This document shows positions 17,647-24,960 of a stretch of DNA of 32,000 nt, piece after piece. Numbering within the stretch: position 1 is the stretch's first letter; each line of letters opens with the position of its first letter. Location of the stretch: NCBI GenBank assembly GCA_023898645.1, contig CP060232.1, forward strand, positions 690,001 to 722,000, written 5' to 3'. The translations under genes were made by a program, and so were the position numbers. The stretch comes from Candidatus Saccharimonadota bacterium (GTDB lineage Bacteria; Patescibacteriota; Saccharimonadia; Saccharimonadales; Saccharimonadaceae). The notes under the pieces were generated by a model. The model saw only the letters and a program-made list of their open reading frames with translations. It made no database searches and was not told where the DNA came from.

Positions 17647-17973
17647 ATGAAAACGGCGAGTGAAACAATCGGATGTATCGACAGCGCAACAAGTGTCTTA
17701 GGCAACAAATGGACACCTAAATTATTGCGTTATTTTCTGAATGAAGAAGCTGTCCGATTCTGCCAAATACAGGAGTTAGTGGGTGGTATAAACCCCCGCA
17801 CACTGTGTGCCCGGCTAGACGAACTTGAAGCTTCTGAAATCATAGTAAAAGAAACTGCCGGCGAAGGAAGCCGCTGCGTTTATCGACTCACAAAAAAAGG
17901 TCGCGATCTTATGCCAGTGCTACAGTCCATGCAGGCCTGGAGTAAGAAATATCCGTCGCTTCAGATTGACTGA
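17647..17973 (+). CDS. HxlR-family winged-helix transcriptional regulator
   Basis: 108 aa with the family pattern LGNKWTPKLLRYF....RF.ELVGGINPRTLCARLDELEASEII. Confidence 0.85.
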   Translation: MKTASETIGCIDSATSVLGNKWTPKLLRYFLNEEAVRFCQIQELVGGINPRTLCARLDELEASEIIVKETAGEGSRCVYRLTKKGRDLMPVLQSMQAWSKKYPSLQID

Positions 17974-18001
17974 AATTAAGCTGACTGTCAGTAAAGGGGT
18001 A

Positions 18002-18007
18002 TATAAT
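18002..18007 (+). promoter_or_regulatory. -10 box TATAAT placed 6 nt before the response-regulator ATG (leaderless arrangement)
   Basis: TATAAT 18002-18007, ATG at 18014, no SD. Confidence 0.4.
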
Positions 18008-18013
18008 AATAGT

Positions 18014-18685
18014 ATGAGGATATTAGTTGTTGAAGATGAGCATAAGATCGCACGCGCAGTGGCGCGAGCTCTCGAACAAGAGAACTATGCGGTCGACGTA
18101 GCATATGATGGTGACGAAGGTTATGCCATGGCTACAACCGAGCCGTATGACTTGGCGATTATTGATCGTATGATTCCCGGCGAATACAATGGACTCGACA
18201 TAGTAAAGGCCATGCGCGAAGAAAAAATTCATACGCCCGTATTACTTTTGACGGCCCTAGGCACAACCGCTGACAAAACAAAGGGCTTAGATAGTGGTGC
18301 CGATGATTATCTAGTTAAGCCATTCGCACTTGCCGAACTGTTAGCTCGCGTACGCGCACTTTTACGTCGCCCCGCCGAACAAAAAGGTACCGTACTAAAA
18401 GCAGATGACCTAGAGCTCGACACTACGACATTTCGCGTCACACGAGGCGGCAAAGAAATACACCTGACGAGCAAAGAATTTGCTCTACTCGAATTTTTGC
18501 TACGTAACCAAGGCCGCCCGTCAAACAAAGAGACAATCGTAGCTCATGTGTGGGATTACGATGCTGACATACTGCTAAATACTGTCGAAGTTTACATCAA
18601 ATACTTACGTGCCAAAGTTGACGAGCCTTTTGATAAGCAATTAATTAAAACTGTTCGTGGATTTGGCTACAAAATCGACGCGTAG
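18014..18685 (+). CDS. OmpR/PhoB-family response regulator
   Basis: Receiver domain MRILVVEDE..DLAIIDRMIPG..LLLTA..KPF, plus a winged-helix output LT.KEFALLEFL....VRGFGYKI. Confidence 0.93.
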   Translation: MRILVVEDEHKIARAVARALEQENYAVDVAYDGDEGYAMATTEPYDLAIIDRMIPGEYNGLDIVKAMREEKIHTPVLLLTALGTTADKTKGLDSGADDYLVKPFALAELLARVRALLRRPAEQKGTVLKADDLELDTTTFRVTRGGKEIHLTSKEFALLEFLLRNQGRPSNKETIVAHVWDYDADILLNTVEVYIKYLRAKVDEPFDKQLIKTVRGFGYKIDA

Positions 18686-18768
18686 AATTTATTAAGAATT
18701 CTATCAGCTCTCTATAGTAGTCTAGGTATATGAAAACAATCACAGAATTTAAGCAGGGTCTATAAGAC

Positions 18769-19776
18769 ATGTTTCATTCGGCTGTATTACGCCTAACTGG
18801 CTGGTTTATGCTCTTGTTAATGAGCATCAGCCTATTGTTTAGTCTTGCCATATACCAAGGCGCAACAGATGAGATTGGTAACCGACTGTCACAGTTTCAA
18901 GACAGCCTAGAATCACCCGATCCGAATATTTTCTTGCCGCCAAATCATCGGCTATATTCTGCATTTCGCGACAATCAGCAAGACAAAGCTAGTCGAAATA
19001 TCTTGGTGATGCTTCTGTATGTCAATCTTTTAATCTTTTTTTGCGGTGGAGCATTAAGCTATGTACTGGCTCGTCGCACACTTCGCAACATCGAAGAGTC
19101 GCACGACGCACAATCGCGTTTTACCAGCGACGCTAGTCATGAACTACGCACACCACTAGCCGCCATGAAAACCGAACTTGAGGTTGCTTTGCGCGACACG
19201 AAGTTGACCAAGGATGATATGCGTGAGTTACTGACTAGCAACTTAGAGGAAGTTAACAAATTAACTTCACTATCAAAAACTCTGCTACAACTGTCGAGGC
19301 TCGATCATGCAAACCTTGAACTCGAAAACGTTAATCTAGGAAACGTCGCCACGGAAGTTGCGCAACGCTACGATAAAAACGCCAAGCGCATTAATCTAAA
19401 ACTTCCGAATGAGCCCGTGATCATAAGGGCGAATACCGCAACAATAGAGGAACTCTTAACCATCCTAGTAGACAATGCCTTAAAATACAGCCCGCAAGAT
19501 TCACGAATCAAAGCAACGCTTGCATATGACGCAAGATCAGCAAGCTTTTCTATAACTAATAAAGGCGACGGCATACCGAGCGACAAATTACCTCACATAT
19601 TCGAACGCTTCTATAGGGCTAACGAGTCGCACAGTGGCGGCGGTTCCGGCCTAGGTCTATCGCTTGCCAAGGAAATAGTTGAGATATACAAAGGCGAGCT
19701 ATCGGTCAGTAGCAAGCCAAAATCAAACACTACGTTCACGGTTACTCTGCCACTTTCACGTAAACACCAAGCTTAA
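18769..19776 (+). CDS. sensor histidine kinase (HisKA + HATPase_c), 2 TM segments
   Basis: H-box SHELRTPL, N-box VDNALKYS, G1 NKGDGIP, F-box FERFYR, G2 GGSGLGLSLAKEIV. Two N-terminal TM segments flank a loop of about 45 aa. Confidence 0.9.
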   Translation: MFHSAVLRLTGWFMLLLMSISLLFSLAIYQGATDEIGNRLSQFQDSLESPDPNIFLPPNHRLYSAFRDNQQDKASRNILVMLLYVNLLIFFCGGALSYVLARRTLRNIEESHDAQSRFTSDASHELRTPLAAMKTELEVALRDTKLTKDDMRELLTSNLEEVNKLTSLSKTLLQLSRLDHANLELENVNLGNVATEVAQRYDKNAKRINLKLPNEPVIIRANTATIEELLTILVDNALKYSPQDSRIKATLAYDARSASFSITNKGDGIPSDKLPHIFERFYRANESHSGGGSGLGLSLAKEIVEIYKGELSVSSKPKSNTTFTVTLPLSRKHQA

Positions 19777-19841
19777 TATCAGTAAACATATATATAGTCG
19801 ATTTGTAAGGTTATTAATACAGGAGCAATAGTATATGTTAA

Positions 19842-20078
19842 GCACCATTACGCTCGGCATCCGTAACGCTCGCAAGTAAACCTTCGCCCGTTCCAGCAAA
19901 CGAACCGATAGGCAATTTTGGCAGCGAAATTTGCAAAACGATATTTAAATTACTACACGATTTTTCACGAAGTTTCGACTCGACAATTATCGTCGTAATC
20001 CACAATTTAGAGATAGCAGGCAAGACGAATCGCACCTATCAACTTCGAGACGGAAAACTAGTCGAACATAAAAAATAG
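19842..20078 (+). pseudogene. start-less C-terminal remnant of an ABC transporter ATP-binding protein (MacB/LolD/BceA-like)
   Basis: An open frame of 78 codons with no start codon reads ..RSASVTLASKPSPVPANEPIGNFGSE..STIIVVIHNLEIAGKTNRTYQLRDGKLVEHKK*. It aligns by eye to the canonical RVAIARAL..P.ILLADEPTGNLD....IIMVTHD...A.R.I.L.DGKIV. Confidence 0.6.
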
Positions 20079-20189
20079 TATTTGTAAAATATCTCACTGT
20101 TTTTTAAGCGCACTACGGCATACTGGGGACATAACCGACGCCAAAGTCGGACAAAAAAATTCGAAATGAATAATTAATGAGGAGGCATC

Positions 20190-20651
20190 ATGGACACGAA
20201 TAAGACTACATACCTCAGCAAAAAAGGTATGAAAGATCTAAAAAAAGCAGTCGAGCAACTCGAACGGGATCGTCGACAAACGATCTTGGAACTGCACGAA
20301 CAAGACAAGACAGATGGTCACGAGGAGCGGCTTGCCCGTATAGAAAAACTAGCAAAACTAGACTCAATTGAACAAGACCTTATCGAAAAGCAGACGCTTC
20401 TCGCTACGGCAAAACCATACCCACACCGCAAAGACAGCCATGTCGACATCGGCTCAGTCGTCGAGCTTATCAATGCCAGCGGTAGACGATTTATTTACAC
20501 GATCGTTGACAGCATTGAAGCAGACCCTAGCGATGGTCGCATCAGCGCCGCAAGTCCGCTTGGCCAAAGCCTGATGGGTAAATCAATCACCGACACCGTA
20601 AACTGGGGTGACGCAAAAAAGAACAAGCTTCAACTAGTTCGCATATCTTAA
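20190..20651 (+). CDS. GreA/GreB-family transcription elongation factor homolog
   Basis: 153 aa. It has an N-terminal coiled coil and a C-terminal domain with IGSVV...........Y.IV...EADP..GRIS..SPLGQSLMGK..D. Strong SD GAGGAGG. Confidence 0.8.
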   Translation: MDTNKTTYLSKKGMKDLKKAVEQLERDRRQTILELHEQDKTDGHEERLARIEKLAKLDSIEQDLIEKQTLLATAKPYPHRKDSHVDIGSVVELINASGRRFIYTIVDSIEADPSDGRISAASPLGQSLMGKSITDTVNWGDAKKNKLQLVRIS

Positions 20652-20675
20652 TCGTAACGTAAAATCTATCCCCAG

Positions 20676-20709
20676 AAACAACCCCTTATCATAGGGGTTG
20701 TTTCATATT
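20676..20709 (+). terminator. rho-independent terminator
   Basis: AAACAACCCCT (20676-20686) pairs with AGGGGTTGTTT (20692-20702), followed by a T-rich tail. Confidence 0.75.
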
Positions 20710-20772
20710 TCTACGCCGGCTATTGCCAATACGCTTATGCAGGACTATAGTGAAACCACCTAGGGGGATCGC

Positions 20773-21600
20773 ATGAGTGAGTACAACAAGCGTGTAGAAC
20801 CGAATATATACGAAACTATAGCCCCGGAAATGCGTTTTATTAATATCGCTACTATTATCCTGGAGAAAATCGGCGAGTCACCACCCGAAAGCGGCGGATC
20901 GGTCAAATTCGCCAGGTGGCCGAACAGTCTAACGGGCGACCATTACAAACTCCAAGCGGCTGCCCAAATTGGCATGTGGGGCGAGTCAAGAATTCTATTT
21001 ATGCTGGATCATTTCTCTCCTGAACTGCCTTCAAACGTACCAAAGAATCGTTATTACGCACACACAGATGGCGAGAGTATGGGTTCGATAAAAATTACCG
21101 ACGGAAAAAACAAAGAAAAGGTACTGAACGACACCGAAAGGCGAGAAGCCATACGGTTTATCCTTAACGCTTTGACGGACGCCGCACCGGAAGATGCCGC
21201 CAAGATTTTAAAAAATACTTTTGAAAATCGATTCGAAGGACTCGCGGGAGACTACGTGCTCAGCGAGCTAGCCCTACAAAAGCCAACGCCTCAAATTGAC
21301 GAGGCATTGATAAACACGGCATATACAAACCACGAAAACCATATCGACGAAGTTAAAAAAGATGAATTAAAAAAGGCAAAGAAGCGCAAAAGAAGCGTTC
21401 TGGACTCGCACACTAAATTGCCCCAGCCAGCATACTACGAATCTGTAGAAGAAGCCGCCGCCGAGAGCCGGCGTGGCCCGACCAACAAGAACGCGTACGC
21501 ACCTGTAGATGTACTTGCTGCTACAAAGCGCGCCGTTCAGGAAATGAAAGGGAAGTGGCAGCACACTATTTCATCAAACCCAGATTATCCTACAGCTTAA
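20773..21600 (+). CDS. hypothetical protein, 275 aa, with a Lys-rich segment near the C-terminus
   Basis: ATG after SD AGGGGGA. Protein-like composition, no motif recognised. Confidence 0.65.
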   Translation: MSEYNKRVEPNIYETIAPEMRFINIATIILEKIGESPPESGGSVKFARWPNSLTGDHYKLQAAAQIGMWGESRILFMLDHFSPELPSNVPKNRYYAHTDGESMGSIKITDGKNKEKVLNDTERREAIRFILNALTDAAPEDAAKILKNTFENRFEGLAGDYVLSELALQKPTPQIDEALINTAYTNHENHIDEVKKDELKKAKKRKRSVLDSHTKLPQPAYYESVEEAAAESRRGPTNKNAYAPVDVLAATKRAVQEMKGKWQHTISSNPDYPTA

Positions 21601-21629
21601 TCAGAGGAATAACCATTCTGCGCCACTTT

Positions 21630-21638
21630 TGTTATACT
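21630..21638 (+). promoter_or_regulatory. extended -10 promoter TGtTATACT placed 7 nt before ATG 21646 (leaderless arrangement)
   Basis: TGTTATACT 21630-21638. This suggests the pilin start is 21646 rather than 21640. Confidence 0.5.
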
Positions 21639-21639
21639 T

Positions 21640-22137
21640 ATGTTAATGGGTATAAGTTATCGTCAAAAAGGCTTTACAATCGTTGAACTGCTTATTGTCA
21701 TCGTAGTCATCGGTATACTTGCTGCGATAGTAGTGGTCGCATATAACGGCGTTACGACCCACGCGGCGGACGCCAAAAGGTCAGATGAACTTACAAGCCT
21801 GGTAAAAGTACTTGAAATTTATCATGCAGAACACGGGGCGTACCCACTATGCGGCGCAACTGGGCCAGATACCACACACGCTCTGACGTCAGGCACAGTT
21901 AGCTCGTGTTTGGCGGACGATTTAGTACCTACATATATAAGTACAATGCCTGCCGATCCAGTTGATTCCGGCTCAAATATATATTATTACGCTGCCGGCT
22001 ACCAAAAGACAGGAACTACGACCTTCGTTGGTAATAACACGGACAACTTTATACTTGGCAACAAACAAGCCACGTCGACAGGCCCGTATTATAGCGGCTG
22101 GGGGAAGAGTGACCTGACGCTACTCCTAGGCTCATAG
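21640..22137 (+). CDS. type IV pilin / pseudopilin-like protein (prepilin N-terminal cleavage-methylation domain)
   Basis: Class III signal RQKG|FTIVELLIVIVVIGILAAIVVVAY, with Gly-1, Phe+1 and Glu+5. The start is probably ATG 21646. Confidence 0.85.
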   Translation: MLMGISYRQKGFTIVELLIVIVVIGILAAIVVVAYNGVTTHAADAKRSDELTSLVKVLEIYHAEHGAYPLCGATGPDTTHALTSGTVSSCLADDLVPTYISTMPADPVDSGSNIYYYAAGYQKTGTTTFVGNNTDNFILGNKQATSTGPYYSGWGKSDLTLLLGS

Positions 22138-22204
22138 GAACCGTATTTTTACTAAAAATTAGCAAATCCTATATAAATTATTCGTCGGAACCCCCGTTAT
22201 AGGG

Positions 22205-22210
22205 TATAAT
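22205..22210 (+). promoter_or_regulatory. -10 box TATAAT for tRNA-Gln
   Basis: TATAAT lies 13 nt upstream of the tRNA 5' end. Confidence 0.45.
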
Positions 22211-22223
22211 AGTACGGCACCGA

Positions 22224-22298
22224 TGGGGTGTCGCCAAGTGGTAAGGCACCAGTTTTTGGTACTGGCATTCGGGGGTTCGAATCCCTCCACCCCAGCCA
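22224..22298 (+). tRNA. tRNA-Gln (anticodon UUG), CCA encoded
   Basis: Hand-folded cloverleaf. Acceptor TGGGGTG/CACCCCA with U1-A72; 3-bp D stem GCC/GGC. Anticodon stem CCAGT/ACTGG with loop TTTTGGT; T arm GGGGG-TTCGAAT-CCCTC; discriminator G followed by CCA. Confidence 0.93.
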
Positions 22299-22300
22299 TG

Positions 22301-22336
22301 AAAAAAGTCCAAGGTCTTTAGGCCTCGGACTTTTTT
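22301..22336. terminator. bidirectional terminator hairpin
   Basis: AAAAAAGTCC (22301-22310) pairs with GGACTTTTTT (22327-22336), with inner AGG/CCT pairing. The A and T runs give a U tract on either strand. Confidence 0.7.
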
Positions 22337-22468
22337 CTATGGTGGGCCGTCAGGACTCGAACCCCCGCTTTTGCCCTGGCAAAAGACGGAGGGTTCGGCG
22401 CAGTGAACGAAGCGAAAGGAAAGCTCGAAGTATTTTCCGTCTTTTATCTCACTGTCTGCCGAAGGCAT
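22337..22468 (-). other. ambiguous locus: tRNA 3'-end look-alike embedded in a possible leaderless 43-codon ORF or small structured RNA
   Basis: The minus strand ends in GGTTCGAGTCCTGACGGCCCACCA (22340-22363), but no 5' tRNA half is present. TATAAT (complement of 22476-22481), 7 nt, then ATG at 22468 opens a frame reading MPSADSEIKDGKYFELSFRFVHCAEPSVFCQGKSGGSSPDGPP*. That frame stops at the terminator. Confidence 0.3.
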
Positions 22469-22520
22469 AGCACATATTATAGAAACTACCTGGATTGTCT
22501 ATCTATAAGGAGACCGGGAG

Positions 22521-22862
22521 ATGCATAAACAATTTGCGTCAATAGCTGCCGCAATCGGCATTATGGGTATCGGTCTGTCGTTGATATCACCGACATTAGC
22601 ACATGCCGATGACGTGTTCGCAATATGTCCCGACGGGCATTCGGGCATCGCAACTACAGTTACGTCATGTCCTTTCGCAATGAACGTAAGACGAGCATAC
22701 CTTACTCAATATGGTCCAATCGTCGTCGCGTATAGTCCAGTCACGGGCTTGACATACAACATGCAGTGTCAGTCTGGATTTATTGCAACCCTTAACAACG
22801 GTCTGACGCGAGACTCTGTCCGCTGCGTCGGTGGAAACAACGCCGTCGTCATTTTATTTTGA
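22521..22862 (+). CDS. small secreted protein, 113 aa, 4 Cys in the mature part
   Basis: SD AAGGAG. The signal peptide MHKQFASIAAAIGIMGIGLSLISPTLAHA|DD has an AHA-type cleavage site. A terminator follows. Confidence 0.7.
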   Translation: MHKQFASIAAAIGIMGIGLSLISPTLAHADDVFAICPDGHSGIATTVTSCPFAMNVRRAYLTQYGPIVVAYSPVTGLTYNMQCQSGFIATLNNGLTRDSVRCVGGNNAVVILF

Positions 22863-22880
22863 GATGACTGCATCGGACCA

Positions 22881-22919
22881 CTCCGTGCTTCGTTCCCATT
22901 GGAGCAAGCACGGAGTTTT
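22881..22919 (+). terminator. rho-independent terminator
   Basis: CTCCGTGCTT (22881-22890) pairs with AAGCACGGAG (22906-22915), followed by TTTT. Confidence 0.75.
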
Positions 22920-22962
22920 CAAATCCGTATACAATAAATTACTCGGGATACACGCATTGAAT

Positions 22963-24741
22963 CTATCGTGAAAGATCGAATTTCTTCAGCTTCTTTTCAC
23001 TCTTCGTATCGTTTCCTTGCTGAAGTTTGAGCAGCTCTGCATATATACCACCACTACTTGCTAAATCTTGTGGCGATCCTGTTTCCTTTACAGCACCACC
23101 CTGCAGGGTAACTATCTTGTCGACATTTTGTATGGTCGAAAGTCGGTGCGCGATGATCAGTGTCGAACGACCTTTCATAAGTCTCTTTAGACCCTCTTGT
23201 ACCATCTGCTCGCTTTTGCTGTCGAGGCTACTGGTAGCTTCGTCTAGTATCAAAATCGGTGCATCTTTAAGAAAAGCTCTGGCTATAGCAATTCGTTGCT
23301 TTTGGCCGCCACTTAACTTTAGGCCGCGTTCTCCGATTTCGGTATCGTAGCCCTTTTCCAGTTTACTTATAAACTCATCGGCGTTGGCTGATTTTGCCGC
23401 GTCGATAACATCTTGGTCGCTAGCCTGTGGGTTGGAGTAGGCTATGTTTTCACGAATTGTTCCGCTGAACAGCGCCGCGTCCTGAAATACAACTCCGATA
23501 GCTTTGCGAAGGCTGGATTGGCTGACCTGATTTATATTTTGCCCATCGATCAGTATTGAGCCGCCTTGCGGTTCGTACAGGCGCAACAGTAGGCTAGTAA
23601 TCGTCGTTTTGCCTTCGCCACTTTCGCCAACTAAGGCCACTTTGGTATCAGGTTCTATACTGAAATTGAGGCCAGACAATACCGGCGACTTGTCATAGGA
23701 AAAACTAACATCGTCAAATTCGATTAATGCTTGTTTTACAGTAAGCTTCGTGGCGTCGGGCTTGTCGGTGATTTCCGCTTCTAAATCCATAACCTCGAAA
23801 TAATCTTTGGTATTTGATACTGCGCGCTGAGATTGATCAACCAAAAAACTAATGGAGAAAATAGGCACTCGAATGAGCATCGCATATTGAATCAATAGGA
23901 CCATCGTGCCGATTGTATAGTGACCATTCGCCGTTTCGACAAAAATATACACAAAGACGCCAAGAAAAATAATGTTAAGCACCAGTCGTCTGTATATGTC
24001 TTGTCGATGCCAAAACAGACTTTGAGGACTCGTTGTTTTTACAATCTTGTCAAAACGTTTGCGAAAAAAGGCTATTTCGGCAAGTTCTCGAACAAAGCTT
24101 TTCACCACTCGTACTTGACCGATAGCTTCATTAAACCTACCGCTAGCTATGTCGTTTTGTTCGTTAATTTCAGTCTGGTAATTTTGCCACTTCTTGCTTG
24201 ATTTTGCGGTAAACAATATAAAAATCGGGTAGAGCGTAAACAACATTAACGCTACTGGCCACGAATAGTAGGCGACGACGATGAGTGAAAAAACTGTGCC
24301 AAAAATAAACTGTAAAAAGTTGTTGCTCATCATCTGCATGAAGTTACTTATTTGACTGATGCCGCGACTCATGCGATTTATAATCTTCCCAGTTAATTCC
24401 GTGTCGAAATAACTTTGTGGCAATTCAAGCAAGTGTTCGTAGTAGCGTATACTGAAGTACCTTTGAAGCTTTGCCGACATCATGTCGCCAAGGTAACCAC
24501 TAACATTGCTTAGTAGCGTCTGCGCTACGTCTGTCACGAATATAAGGATTGCGAAAATCGCCACCAACTCCACGTTAGTGTGACCATGGCCAAGACCGCG
24601 GGTGATTTCGTCGATGGCTCCCTTCGTAAACAAAGGCTGAAGCTGGCTTATGATAGCTAGAACAATTGTGAACAATGATATGCCGACATAATATCGCCAT
24701 AGCGAACGGCTAAATCGAATAATGCGTACAATTTCTTTCAT
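22963..24741 (-). CDS. ABC exporter, fused permease + ATPase (MsbA/type I exporter-like)
   Basis: N-terminal 6-TM domain, then an NBD with Walker A GESGEGKTT, Q-loop, signature LSGGQKQR, Walker B ILILDEATS and H-loop IIAHRL. Confidence 0.92.
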   Translation of the reverse strand: MKEIVRIIRFSRSLWRYYVGISLFTIVLAIISQLQPLFTKGAIDEITRGLGHGHTNVELVAIFAILIFVTDVAQTLLSNVSGYLGDMMSAKLQRYFSIRYYEHLLELPQSYFDTELTGKIINRMSRGISQISNFMQMMSNNFLQFIFGTVFSLIVVAYYSWPVALMLFTLYPIFILFTAKSSKKWQNYQTEINEQNDIASGRFNEAIGQVRVVKSFVRELAEIAFFRKRFDKIVKTTSPQSLFWHRQDIYRRLVLNIIFLGVFVYIFVETANGHYTIGTMVLLIQYAMLIRVPIFSISFLVDQSQRAVSNTKDYFEVMDLEAEITDKPDATKLTVKQALIEFDDVSFSYDKSPVLSGLNFSIEPDTKVALVGESGEGKTTITSLLLRLYEPQGGSILIDGQNINQVSQSSLRKAIGVVFQDAALFSGTIRENIAYSNPQASDQDVIDAAKSANADEFISKLEKGYDTEIGERGLKLSGGQKQRIAIARAFLKDAPILILDEATSSLDSKSEQMVQEGLKRLMKGRSTLIIAHRLSTIQNVDKIVTLQGGAVKETGSPQDLASSGGIYAELLKLQQGNDTKSEKKLKKFDLSR

Positions 24742-24748
24742 TATATTA

Positions 24749-24754
24749 ACTATA
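24749..24754 (-). promoter_or_regulatory. -10 box TATAGT placed 7 nt before the ABC exporter ATG (leaderless arrangement)
   Basis: The minus strand reads TATAGT, then TAATATA, then ATG (24741). Confidence 0.5.
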
Positions 24755-24889
24755 TCGCACTTGAGTCTAAATAAATCCCGGGGACCTACAAAATGAACAT
24801 ATTATTAGTAGATAAGCATAAAATATGACGTAAACTGCGAAGATATGAGGGCTTGACCTTCTTATTTTTTTCGACCATACTGCATATGC

Positions 24890-24918
24890 TAGACAATCCC
24901 TAGACTTCAGTGTAGAAT
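24890..24918 (+). promoter_or_regulatory. candidate sigma70-type promoter for kup
   Basis: TAGACA (24890-24895), 17-nt spacer, TAGAAT (24913-24918). Confidence 0.5.
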
Positions 24919-24960
24919 CGCGTTTCGGAAAGCTGAATAATTTAATCAGCATTAAGTCTT

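Noticed and set aside
20190-20651. GreA-family protein as a catalytically dead Gfh/Rnk-like factor
   Set aside because: The coiled-coil tip is divergent. On alignment by eye, however, an acidic D-x-x-E pair (TDGHEE) occupies the position of the E. coli D41/E44 pair. Loss of activity cannot be claimed.
22228-22470. 80-aa plus-strand ORF from the track
   Set aside because: It reads straight through tRNA-Gln, the bidirectional terminator and the tRNA-like region. It has no SD and an Arg/Ser-rich low-complexity translation.
22340-22470. A complete minus-strand tRNA, tRNA-Sec or tmRNA at this locus
   Set aside because: The T stem cannot form, no complementary acceptor 5' strand is present, and no credible anticodon arm was found. 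The acceptor lacks the G3-U70 pair expected for tmRNA. Only about 130 nt are available before the next real gene.
24742-24960. c-di-AMP (ydaO-type) riboswitch upstream of kup, prompted by AATCCCGGGGACC at 24773-24785
   Set aside because: Only one short resemblance is present. The pseudo-twofold set of conserved ydaO segments is not visible. The best promoter (24890-24918) lies downstream of the match, which overlaps the divergent ABC exporter promoter region.
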